Positions 32,124 to 42,400 of a DNA stretch of 64,000 bases are shown here, piece by piece. The translations under genes and the position numbers were made by a program. Every line of letters starts with the position of its first letter. Position 1 is the first letter of the stretch. The notes beneath the pieces are model-generated. The model was not told where the DNA came from and did no database searches. It worked only from the letters and a program-made list of their open reading frames with translations. The stretch lies in sequence record MK250027.1; one strand, written 5' to 3'.

Positions 32124-32627
32124 ATGAAACTAATTGATAATATAAAAGATTGGTGGTATTCATTTAAAGATGACTACCATCAATTTTCAAAAGATAAAAT
32201 GATTAAGAAAGCATTTCATAAATTAATTCAGAGTGAATCTAATGATCGTGAAAGTTTTTTTAATCAAAGTAATTTACGAGCGACAAATGATTTTTATGAA
32301 GTCGTTCAGGTTATTGATATTCCAGAAGAGTATCAAATAAAGGGACAGCAATGGCAAATAATGGATAAGTTAAATGAAAATTCATTTTTTGTCACAAGAT
32401 ATTTAAGAGATGAACTTCAATTAGGTGATAATGTTTCTATTCCTGAATATTATCACATAGAAGACCCATCAAGTGGGAAACCATTTAGTTGCAGGTATCT
32501 TGCTGTTTGGAATTATCAACCTGTATTGAAATCAAAAAAGAAAATTTATATTGTTAATACAATAATCGGAACTATTGGAACAACAGTAGTGTCAGGATTA
32601 ACATGGTTAGCAATAATTTTACTATAA
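32124..32627 (+). CDS. Hypothetical protein with a C-terminal membrane anchor
   Basis: Track ORF; hydrophobic C-terminus. Confidence 0.75.
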   Translation: MKLIDNIKDWWYSFKDDYHQFSKDKMIKKAFHKLIQSESNDRESFFNQSNLRATNDFYEVVQVIDIPEEYQIKGQQWQIMDKLNENSFFVTRYLRDELQLGDNVSIPEYYHIEDPSSGKPFSCRYLAVWNYQPVLKSKKKIYIVNTIIGTIGTTVVSGLTWLAIILL

Positions 32628-32836
32628 TGAAGAAATACAGAAACATTTATTTTTTGAAAAGTATGTGGGCATAGGGTCATGGTTCACGTGATATAGAATA
32701 TTATGGTACAATGTATAGTTTTTCTAAATAGATAAAAGATTTTGATAAGAAGTTTGATAGAAATCAAGATCTTATTATAAACTGTACAGAATGTATGAAA
32801 AATAAAATAGGTAAATTTATTAAAGTGAAGAAATAA
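32627..32836 (+). CDS. Small hypothetical protein, 69 aa (TAG=Gln)
   Basis: TAATG coupling; two internal TAGs; ends TAA. Confidence 0.55.
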
Positions 32837-32871
32837 TCTAAATATTTCTTCACTTTTTACATTATATGTTA

Positions 32872-32898
32872 AACTATTTTAGTAATATATAGTATAAT
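32872..32898 (+). promoter_or_regulatory. AACTAT-N15-TATAAT putative promoter
   Basis: The same spacing is seen at 15763-15789 and 27828-27854. Confidence 0.4.
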
Positions 32899-32925
32899 AT
32901 AAAAATAAATTTACGTAAATTTATA

Positions 32926-33759
32926 ATGACAAAGAAAAAGATTACAGTTGAAGAAGGAGCAAAACTTGATGAGCTTAAAGAAAAGAAGAATCTACCTTCT
33001 ACTACAGATAAGAAAGAAGATGAACTTACAAAAGCAGGAGTTCCTGAGTTAACTGAAGAACAGAAAGAGTATGCACGTGTAACAGTTCGTAATGAGTTTA
33101 ATAAGAAGTTTTCAAAATGGGCTGAGATTGATCCTGTAAATGCAACAGATGATGATATTGCACAAGCAAAGAAAGATTTCGAAGATTGTTTGAATGCAAA
33201 TAAAAATAAGAAGTATATGCTTGCTACACATGATGATGGACTTGCATTGACAACTGCTAAATTCCTTAAAGATTGGAATGCAAAGTTTAATACATGGGAG
33301 AAAGGATCATGGCGTGGACTTATTCAGTTTGATAAAGTAATTACAAAAATTATTACAGAACTTGAAGGTGATAAAAATAAGGATTTTGAGATTGATTATT
33401 CTACATTGATTTTCTTGTATCAGAGTATGGGAGACCCTAAGGGAACAGGACTTGATACTGCCAGAGAAATGGCGAAGTTTGAAAATTATAATGAGGAAAC
33501 AGGAAAGGTATTTGAAGAAGATATTCCTGTAACTTATAGTGGTATTCTTGAGAAAGTAAATCTTGAAGTTAAGAATCTTTCTAATATTGATAAGAAGTTG
33601 ACAATTCTTAAGGAGAGAGTAAACCTTGCTTATGCAGGTTTGAAGATGAATTTAAAGATTTCTGATATTGAGGAATTTATTGAGTTTCATGAGGCAATTA
33701 CCGCATCTGCTGCAGATGATGATCCAGAGGTAAAGAAAGCACTTGGTGAAAAGAAATAA
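32926..33759 (+). CDS. Hypothetical acidic helical protein; TAG-free
   Basis: Intact 277-aa ORF with GC-richer codon usage. Confidence 0.85.
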   Translation: MTKKKITVEEGAKLDELKEKKNLPSTTDKKEDELTKAGVPELTEEQKEYARVTVRNEFNKKFSKWAEIDPVNATDDDIAQAKKDFEDCLNANKNKKYMLATHDDGLALTTAKFLKDWNAKFNTWEKGSWRGLIQFDKVITKIITELEGDKNKDFEIDYSTLIFLYQSMGDPKGTGLDTAREMAKFENYNEETGKVFEEDIPVTYSGILEKVNLEVKNLSNIDKKLTILKERVNLAYAGLKMNLKISDIEEFIEFHEAITASAADDDPEVKKALGEKK

Positions 33760-33912
33760 TTATCATTTATTTTAATATATACATAAAGTATTTTTATTAT
33801 TTTTATAGGGATTTGATACATGTGAATGTGTTGAATCCCTAATTTGTTTTAACTATGTAATATAAGATATGGTATAGAATATTTCTGTATACATACAAAA
33901 AATATTTGAAAT

Positions 33913-34809
33913 ATGAGTACTTTTAAAGAATGTACATATAATACTATAAAAAATACAGGTGAATTAATTAATGGAAGATTATTATATTCATGGTTATTAG
34001 GTGGGAATATATCACAACCTGTATATTTTGGATTAAAAGATACAGATAATAATTGGAACGGAAATTTAGTATCAAAAGGGACCTCATCATTTTATTTAAC
34101 ATCTGATACAAATGGTTGTACAGCAGAAGTTAAAGATTCTACATATACACCAACTACAGCAGATGCGAATACAGCAAGAGAAATATGGTTAAATATTCCT
34201 AAATCAACTGCTTCAAGAACTATAAAATTTAGTTATAATGGAACAACTGTACTTACAGTTATTTAGAATGTAAGAACAACATATAACTTATATATTGTAG
34301 AACCATATATATATAATAATATATCAGAAAATGATATATCATCTCCTGTATATTATTTAAGTATGGATAATGAGTATAATGAAGAATATATAGCAAGGTC
34401 AGAAGCAAATAATATTAATGTTCAGATGAGTAATTTTAAAGAATATTTGATTTGTATATTGGACGCTGATATGAATACAATAATATCAAGTGATAATTTA
34501 TTAAGTGGCACATTTAAACTTAGTAATCTTATAAATGATTATAATTTAACACATATACAAGGAGATGTATTTCCTGATACTAGTTATAAAGATTATATTG
34601 CATCATTCGCAAGAGGTATGTATGATTCGGAACAAAATTATTATATTAATAATTTATATTAGACAACGGAATATAATGGTTCAACAATATATATATGGAA
34701 TCCTGCAAATTTAATTATACATGATAATACATTTATATGTGTTGGCGAGTTTTCATTAACTGGTAGTTCATCAAATTATAGACTTGGTAAATATACAATA
34801 GAATTATAA
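33913..34809 (+). CDS. Hypothetical beta-rich protein, 298 aa (TAG=Gln)
   Basis: Track ORFs 33913..34266 and 34363..34662 are joined by TAG and continue to TAA 34809. Confidence 0.75.
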
Positions 34810-34876
34810 TAAGACATTTTATGTTTTTTATAGTATAAAAATTAAATAAGAAAGATTTATTTAATTTTATTGTATA

Positions 34877-35863
34877 ATGGAAAATACATCAACGAATACA
34901 AGTAATAATACTCAACATGTAACGCAGAAATTGTTTACAGAAATGTTGAGACCACAAACATTGGATCAAGCAATTATAGTTCCGAGAATTAGAGAGGTTC
35001 TTCAACACGGGTTGACAACTAATATTTTACTTTCCGGTTCCGCTGGTGCTGGTAAAACTTCCCTAACCCGCATCTTAACTCGCGGATACCAAGTTCTTGA
35101 AATTAATGCATCTCTTGAAAATGGTATTGATACCATTAGAGATAAAGTTATTGCATTTGCATCTCAGTCATCTCTTTTTGATGGTGAGGAAAAACTTAAG
35201 GTTGTTGTTCTTGAAGAGTGCGATGGTCTTTCTCTTGAAGCTTGGAAAGCTCTTCGTGCAACAATTGAAAAATATCATAAAACTGTTAGGTTTATTGCAA
35301 ACTGTAATTATATCGATAAGGTACCAGAACCTATTCAATCAAGATTTAATGTTATTATAATTGATCCACTTACAAAAGAAGAAGAAGATTATCTATTTAA
35401 CGGTTATCTTGAGAGAATTAAATATATTCTTACAAAATTTAGAATTCAATTTACAGAAGAAACAGTAACATCATTTGTAAGAAGTTCATTCCCTGATATG
35501 CGTTCACTTCTTAATAAGATCCAAAATCTTTATACAAGAGGATTAAAAGAATTATCAGTTGATATGCTTGCATCTTCTTATGATTGTTCAGAGTTGTTTA
35601 AGCTTATAATTGATAAACCGGATCCTGTAAACAATTATAAGAAACTTGTTGCAGATTGGTCAACACGCTCAGATGATGCAGTTCTTGCAATAGGTAAGGA
35701 TTTTCCTGATTTCATATTGACAACATGTCCACAATATGGTTCAAAACTTCCACTTATTCTTATAGCAACAGCAGAATATAATTCTATGCTTGCAACATCA
35801 ATAGATAAGTTTGTGACATTGCTTGGACTTGTATTTAAATTGCAGTTAATTATACATCAATAA
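34877..35863 (+). CDS. Sliding-clamp loader ATPase subunit (T4 gp44 / RFC small subunit-like)
   Basis: GSAGAGKTS Walker A, VVVLEECD Walker B, FIANCN, PIQSRF (SRC motif). Confidence 0.9.
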   Translation: MENTSTNTSNNTQHVTQKLFTEMLRPQTLDQAIIVPRIREVLQHGLTTNILLSGSAGAGKTSLTRILTRGYQVLEINASLENGIDTIRDKVIAFASQSSLFDGEEKLKVVVLEECDGLSLEAWKALRATIEKYHKTVRFIANCNYIDKVPEPIQSRFNVIIIDPLTKEEEDYLFNGYLERIKYILTKFRIQFTEETVTSFVRSSFPDMRSLLNKIQNLYTRGLKELSVDMLASSYDCSELFKLIIDKPDPVNNYKKLVADWSTRSDDAVLAIGKDFPDFILTTCPQYGSKLPLILIATAEYNSMLATSIDKFVTLLGLVFKLQLIIHQ

Positions 35864-35875
35864 TTTTTAGAATAT

Positions 35876-35895
35876 AAAATAAAAATGTATCTTTG
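35876..35895 (+). promoter_or_regulatory. Bacteroidota-type TAnnTTTG promoter
   Basis: AAAATAAAAATGTATCTTTG upstream of ATG 35940. Confidence 0.65.
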
Positions 35896-35939
35896 TATTA
35901 TTAGTTTTATATGAAGATACATTTTTAATTTATAAATAT

Positions 35940-36140
35940 ATGGCAACAAATAGTAGTGAAATTCTTACATTTCCTTTTAAGGTAAAGAAGAAATCAGGTA
36001 AACCATTTAAATCAATGTTAAAAATAAATACAGCAGTAGGAACAGTTAAAAATGAAAATGATCCTAATAAAAAAGATGCATTTATTTTTAAAGAAGATAA
36101 TTCTGTTGTGAATGTAGATATGTGTGAAATTATTATGTAA
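35940..36140 (+). CDS. Small hypothetical protein
   Basis: Track ORF downstream of a promoter motif. Confidence 0.7.
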   Translation: MATNSSEILTFPFKVKKKSGKPFKSMLKINTAVGTVKNENDPNKKDAFIFKEDNSVVNVDMCEIIM

Positions 36141-36253
36141 TAATAAATTATTAAAAAGTAGACTAACTATTAATATATAAGTATAATATATAAATTATAG
36201 TGAATATTTCATTATAAATAAATCATAAAACAAAAATTTAATTTAGAAAAAAG

Positions 36254-36433
36254 ATGAACGATATTTTGACAAGTATTAATGAGGCATTCGCTGGTTTCCA
36301 GGCAGATGCAACCGCTCAGGTAGAGAAGGGTAATAAGGCTGCAGGTCAGCGTGCACGTAAGGCATCTCTTGCAATTGAGAAGTTGCTTAAGACATTCCGT
36401 AAGGAGTCTATCGAGGCTGCTAAGACAAAGTGA
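36254..36433 (+). CDS. Bacteroidota histone H1-like (Hc1-like) nucleoid protein, 59 aa
   Basis: MNDILTSINEAFAGFQADATAQVEKGNKAAGQRARKASLAIEKLLKTFRKESIEAAK, matching the recognisable GNKAAGxRARK family; missed by the track. Confidence 0.85.
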   Translation: MNDILTSINEAFAGFQADATAQVEKGNKAAGQRARKASLAIEKLLKTFRKESIEAAKTK

Positions 36434-36508
36434 TAATTAACATTGTTTAACTTAATAAAGAATTATCTTTACATTATTTAATTAGAAGTAAAGATAATTT
36501 TATTATAT

Positions 36509-36580
36509 GCATGATTAGCTAAGTGGTACAGCAGGAAACTTTAAACTTCCAGATCACGGGTTCGATCCCTGTATCATGCA
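36509..36580 (+). tRNA. tRNA with anticodon UUA (ochre suppressor-type), no encoded CCA
   Basis: Acceptor GCATGAT/ATCATGC, D arm with GG, anticodon stem GGAAA/CTTCC, loop CT-TTA-AA (TTA at 36541-36543), T arm ACGGG-TTCGATC-CCTGT, discriminator A. Confidence 0.9.
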
Positions 36581-36610
36581 CATCTAAATTTAAAATAAAA
36601 GTATAAAACT

Positions 36611-36631
36611 ATGAAACTTCAACATTGGTAA
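36611..36631 (+). other. Possible minigene MKLQHW*
   Basis: AAAACT-ATG context as in real genes here; 6 codons then TAA; lies just after the UUA tRNA. Confidence 0.3.
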
Positions 36632-36726
36632 GTTACATGTGATCGTGGACCTTAATTTTTGTATATTTTAATTTTATATATTAATCATAAAACTATTATT
36701 AAACAAAATTAAAACTATACAAAATT

Positions 36727-37110
36727 ATGAAAACACAAAAAGAAAATGTAATAAGATTTAAGAATTATCTTAAGAAAAGAATATCAGAAAGAAAACAACT
36801 TAAATTAATTGCAAATAAATCATCAAAAGATAAAGATTATAATTGGATTAAATCTAGTCATGCTAAATCAGAATTAGAAGAAACATTAGAAGATATACAT
36901 GCATTGTATATTGCATATTATATTGTAAAACATGATTTAATTAGTCAAGAAAAAGAACTTGATTATATGATAGAATGTTCAAAGATATTTAAGAAACATT
37001 ATACTGTATATACAACGAAACAATGTTTTTTATCACAATATGGATATGTAAACAAGAAAATAAATGAATATCTAAATAAGTTTGGTTATGAAAGTGAATT
37101 TATTAAGTAA
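36727..37110 (+). CDS. Hypothetical phage protein
   Basis: Track ORF overlapping the next gene. Confidence 0.75.
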   Translation: MKTQKENVIRFKNYLKKRISERKQLKLIANKSSKDKDYNWIKSSHAKSELEETLEDIHALYIAYYIVKHDLISQEKELDYMIECSKIFKKHYTVYTTKQCFLSQYGYVNKKINEYLNKFGYESEFIK

Positions 37111-37465
37111 GTTAAAAATATTTACTAATAAACATAAAGTTATTAATTCTACGTTAGAAACAAATAATAAGCTTTATATATTAGTAAGTAATCACTTGAA
37201 TCCTATATATGGTGCAGTTCAAGGAGGTCATGCAATAGCGCAGTTTTTAATTGAACATCCTGATTCTGAATGGAAAAATAATACAGTTGTTTATCTTTCA
37301 TGTGATATAGATAATTTCTTAAATAGACAAAAGAAACGTCATCAATTATTAAAAGATGAATTACATAGTGTATTCAAGGAACCAGATTTAGATAATCAAA
37401 TAACTGCAATAGCATGTTATAAGATCCCTCAAAAATATGTAAAGAATTTGAAGTTGTTGAGATAA
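37088..37465 (+). CDS. Peptidyl-tRNA hydrolase PTH2-like protein
   Basis: LYILVSNHL..YGAVQGGHAIAQF...NNTVVYL...FKEPDLDNQITAIA matches phage PTH2-like motifs. Confidence 0.7.
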   Translation: MKVNLLSKLKIFTNKHKVINSTLETNNKLYILVSNHLNPIYGAVQGGHAIAQFLIEHPDSEWKNNTVVYLSCDIDNFLNRQKKRHQLLKDELHSVFKEPDLDNQITAIACYKIPQKYVKNLKLLR

Positions 37466-37564
37466 TAAACAATATATAGAGATAATAGATAAGTAAAAAT
37501 ATTCTATTATCTCTTTTTATTTAAATAGAAATAAATAATTAAACTATTAATAGTATTTTTAATT

Positions 37565-38662
37565 ATGAAATTAGTTAACGAGAAAATAGGATATGTGGAT
37601 GAAAAGCAGTTTAAACTTTCAACTGTAGTGAATGCGATGGTTGAATTTTTAACATCTCCTGATATTCATTGGGATTCTAATTATGAAGTTAAAGGAAAAC
37701 CTAATGTAAAGGATATAGATGGATTTGGTTATCATACTTTTACATTTGATTTAGATAATGATAAATTAGGATTTATAAAAATTATTATTGTTAATATAGA
37801 CAAAGATAAAGTAAAGTCTACATATAAATTCCAAGGATTTTTAGACGATGAAGAAACCGCTTTTTATTCACCTGTTGATTCTACTGTAGATAAGAAGAAA
37901 AATAATTGTGGATATATCTATATTAATTATGATATATTTAAAGAATATATTTCAGATAAACAGAAATTAACAGATGAATTAAAGGAATATACATATCATG
38001 AATTAAGACATTATTATGATAATATAATGGGCGTATTCGGTGGACCATTGAAAGAACTTATACATATTACATTGATAGCTGATGAATTTGATATTAATAA
38101 ACAAACATTCAAGGAGAAGAATAAAGAAGCATTAACTAAACATGATACAACATATAAGTCATTGCAGAATCTTCTTTATGTTTCACAACCAACTGAATTA
38201 AATGCTTGGTATCATTCATTCGTTCAACATATGATGGTATATCAGAAGAAGAATCCAAATGCAACAAAAGATGATATTATAAATTATATTACAAAACCTG
38301 AATTAAACGGTAATGATTATGCATGTTTCATTTACAGTTATGCTATTGTATATAAGACATTCGGTAATTATGCTAAAGCTATAAACGGTTTGTGTTCACA
38401 AGATCCTGTTAAGTTGTATTATTATATAATTAATACATTGAATGAATGTCAACCATCTGATAAGACTATTAAACAGATGAATGATTTATTTGAGAAGAAT
38501 TATATTGATTATTTCACAGATACTGTTGATTATAAAACATTCGGTATAAAGTTAAGTGCATTCATTAATGATTATTACATGCATTATGTGTATAAGAAAA
38601 TTGCGCCTAAGTATTTACATACATATAAGAATATGCAGAAGTTTATTTCTACACTTGTTTAA
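37565..38662 (+). CDS. HExxH metallopeptidase-like protein, paralog 3; TAG-free
   Basis: YHELRHYYD...QPTELNAW. Confidence 0.7.
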   Translation: MKLVNEKIGYVDEKQFKLSTVVNAMVEFLTSPDIHWDSNYEVKGKPNVKDIDGFGYHTFTFDLDNDKLGFIKIIIVNIDKDKVKSTYKFQGFLDDEETAFYSPVDSTVDKKKNNCGYIYINYDIFKEYISDKQKLTDELKEYTYHELRHYYDNIMGVFGGPLKELIHITLIADEFDINKQTFKEKNKEALTKHDTTYKSLQNLLYVSQPTELNAWYHSFVQHMMVYQKKNPNATKDDIINYITKPELNGNDYACFIYSYAIVYKTFGNYAKAINGLCSQDPVKLYYYIINTLNECQPSDKTIKQMNDLFEKNYIDYFTDTVDYKTFGIKLSAFINDYYMHYVYKKIAPKYLHTYKNMQKFISTLV

Positions 38663-38683
38663 AAATAATTTATATTTAGAAAA

Positions 38684-39394
38684 ATGAAAGCAAAAGATAT
38701 AGCAAGTTAGTTAGGAAGTTTGGCAGCTGCAGCTTCGTCACAACCAGGAAATTACGATGCTAATGATATAGATACAGATATTCCTGACGAACTTCAAGAG
38801 CCGGATCCGATATTCGTTGTTGAGCATGAAGAGGTAATGTCTACAGATACAGCAAAAGCATTAAAATCCGTTAAGTAGATTGTTAATACCATTGTACCTG
38901 AAGCATATCAAAATAACCCTATTATAAAAGATAAAATATTACAGGATGCAGATTAGTTAGGACAACTTTATTATCAATAGAGTATGAACAATGTTATGAT
39001 AAAGGTAATTATGGATACTATATCTAAAGGAGATACATCCGCAAAATTATTTGATTCATACACCAAGTTAATGTCTATCGCGAAGGATTTCAATAAGTAG
39101 ATTAATGAGATGCAGAATCAATTCAGAAAATACTATATTGATACTTATCTTGATCTTCAACATAAAGAAGATGAAGATCTTATCGCAGAAGATAATGGAG
39201 TCAATAGGAAGTCCGTAACGACTTCAAAAGAAGAGCCATAGCAAGTTACATATGAAGAAGTAAAAGAAACTCATACAGGAGACAATATGGACTTACGAGA
39301 GACTTCTACACGTGATACAACAATAAAGGTATAGGATTGGAAAAAAGAAATATATAAAAAGAGATTTGAAGAAAGTAAAAAAGCAGAAGAATAA
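38684..39394 (+). CDS. Hypothetical helical acidic protein, 236 aa (TAG=Gln)
   Basis: ATG 38684 to TAA 39394, read through several TAGs; absent from the track. Confidence 0.8.
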
Positions 39395-39418
39395 TTGGAT
39401 ATTCTTCTGCTTTAATTT

Positions 39419-42400
39419 TTATAATTGATATATTGTACTCATACCTATAGTTGTTATTTCATCTTTAATCCCATGAACATAGAACTATACAACTAATTGT
39501 AATATACCTATTTCTTTCCTACCAGAATTATTTTCTGATATATAATCTGTTATTATACCTCGTTGATTATGTAATATCTTGAAGTCTTTTATTTTTAACA
39601 TTGAATCTTCAAATTTTTCCGATGATATTTCTTCTATTTCCCCACCAGATCTTTCCAATGTATATCTTATATTATGAATATAATCTCTAATAACATACTC
39701 TTCAATACTATCTAATCCTTCTTTAGGTAAATCTTTAACATCAAACATTAAGTTATATATATTAGTTGTAACAGAAGTACCATATTGTTTAATAGATAAT
39801 GAATGAATCTACTCATGTTGTATAAGGTCTCTATCAGATTTCTTGTCAATTGTCAACATACATTGTAATTCACCAATTTTTGATTTATGTGATTCTGTTG
39901 CTTCCTTTGCAGTAAATTTAACTTTATTTGTTTTTGAAACATTACCTTTCTATGTCAGAAGATTACATGTACATCCTTCTTGTTCGACAATGGTTCCGTC
40001 ACTATAATAAATTTTATACTTAACAGAAACATTATTAGAGTTATCAGTAGATGCACCAGTTTCATTCATATTATAAATAACAGTTTCACCGTAAGTTGAT
40101 AATGTATTTAATGGTGAGAACTATGATTCAAATCCCACAATAAATACATCTTTATAATATATGTCACGAGTACCTGTTTCAAATTTACCTACGGTATCTT
40201 CTCCTTTATCTACATAAACAAAACCATCTGCTTCATTTATAACTCTATTACCATATACGTCACAACAAATCATATTAGGCGATTGTGAACCTAATAATTC
40301 TGGTTTAATAGTTAATATCTTATTTGCAGATTTAAACACAACTTGCTTATCTATTAATCCTTGTTCTGTTTGCCATGTTTCCTAATCTTCTATTATATAT
40401 GATTTCCAATCCCAATGAACTCTTAACGGAATATCTTTATCATTAAATTTCTATGATAATATATTCTATGAAGAATCTGGTTTTAATATAATATTTCTAC
40501 CCTTTGATATTGTAACAGGTTTATCTTTGAATACATAAAGATTTTCATTTGTATATTGAAGACTTGCGTCTATCCATATATTCTGTAAAAGTTTAGGATC
40601 ATAATCAAATACCTAGGCGGAATATGTAGTATCGAGATAACTGTCAAATAACAATGGTTTTGGTTCATATGTCACAGAAGTTCTCTATACGACACCTTTA
40701 TTATATCTTGATGTAAATTCTTCTCCATAACTATTAACACGCAATATATACTATGCTGCACGTAAATGTGCAGGACACATCTTTAATTTATATGGATTAA
40801 GTGTCGTTAATTTACCACCGGCATTTAATGTACGTTCTGCTTTATTATGATATAACTTATTATTGAATTTCTATAAATCAACTACACCATTTAATGTATA
40901 TGTAAATGTATTATCTTCATTCTATGATATATTAATAATTCTATATGCTGTTTCATTATCTATCGCATTATTTGTATAATCATTATGAATTTCTGTTTCA
41001 TCAGTATAACAAATTTTAACAACTTGATTCTCCATGAATCTTTGTTTGGTATCATTTGTAATATGAACATAAGATAAATTATTGGATGTATCAACTGTTA
41101 ATTCTTTATCTATTGTACTATTACCTTTGGAATCTTCAAACACATATTCATTTGCTGTATATACATATGCGTTCATGGAATTAATGAAGAATGCAGATGA
41201 GTTAATAGATGAGTTAACATTTTTATCAATAGATTTCTAATATATATCATCAAATGCTTTTTCATTTAACATGTTTGACTTTTTCTTTACTGTTATGTAA
41301 GAATTATTTAAGTCAAACCTATAATAAGATGAATCTATAATGGATGAATCATGCGTATAGAATTTTTCTACCTCAAATGGATATATATCAACTAATATAT
41401 CTTTTTGAATGCAATCATATATACATAAGCCAACATATGATGAATTTGCTAATATTTCTCTATTTGGACTTTCATCAACCAATATGAATTTATATATATC
41501 ATTAGTTTTCTATATACTTAAAACCTATTCAGTGAAGTTATTGAATACTATGAAATTACCAGGTTTTGGAGTATCAATAGCATATGATATATTATCATAT
41601 TCTATAGTGTTAGGTGAATCAACCAAAGGATCAATATCATATATTCTATATGTCTAAGGGTAAATAGGATAATTACCAAACTTGTCTATATCTTTAAATA
41701 ACTATTCTTGCTCTGTATTTTTTAATTTATCACCTAATGAATTTCTATTATAAAAATCTTTATTATTTACAACTTCTTGTTGATTAAGAATAATATCAAG
41801 ACTTATAGGCTTTGTAGTAACTGTAGTAGTATCATCACTGTTATTCACGAATATATTATTATAATAATCATATGCGTTTACAGAAACAGTATAATTACCT
41901 AATCTGTTTACAGACACATCTACATATCTGTTAGTAGAAACACATTTATCTATTTCCGCATTTGATGTTGCAGTTTTTAATTTTGAACTATCAACAGTAT
42001 AAATAGGAACTCTATCAGATAAGTAAGTATAATTTACAGTTATTGGTTGTTCACTACTTTCTAATTCTTCTCCGAATACTAATTCACATCCGCATGCCTT
42101 ACCATTATTAATATTTAAATCTGATTGCTTATTCCTAAATAATATTCTTCCTTCTATAATCTCAAGAATGTAATCACCTGGTAGTAACTCGTCATTATTA
42201 CCGCATTTATAATTACGGATAATTATCTAAGGTACATTCCATTTATTCTATGATGTATATATGAATTCTGAATCTAAACCATTATAAGTTTTTGAACTTA
42301 TGTTCTTATTTGTTTTCTATGCCCAATATAATTTATACTTATCATAATTTCTTTCATTTTCCATAGGATATAAGAAAACTTTCTAGAAGTCTTTATATAC

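Noticed and set aside
36509-36580. Reading the tRNA as tRNA-Lys(UUU)
   Set aside because: Shifting the loop by one base to centre TTT breaks the GGAAA/CTTCC stem and removes U33; the canonical register gives TTA
38684-39394. Terminase small subunit call
   Set aside because: Only generic helical and acidic character; no recognisable motif and no large terminase in the window
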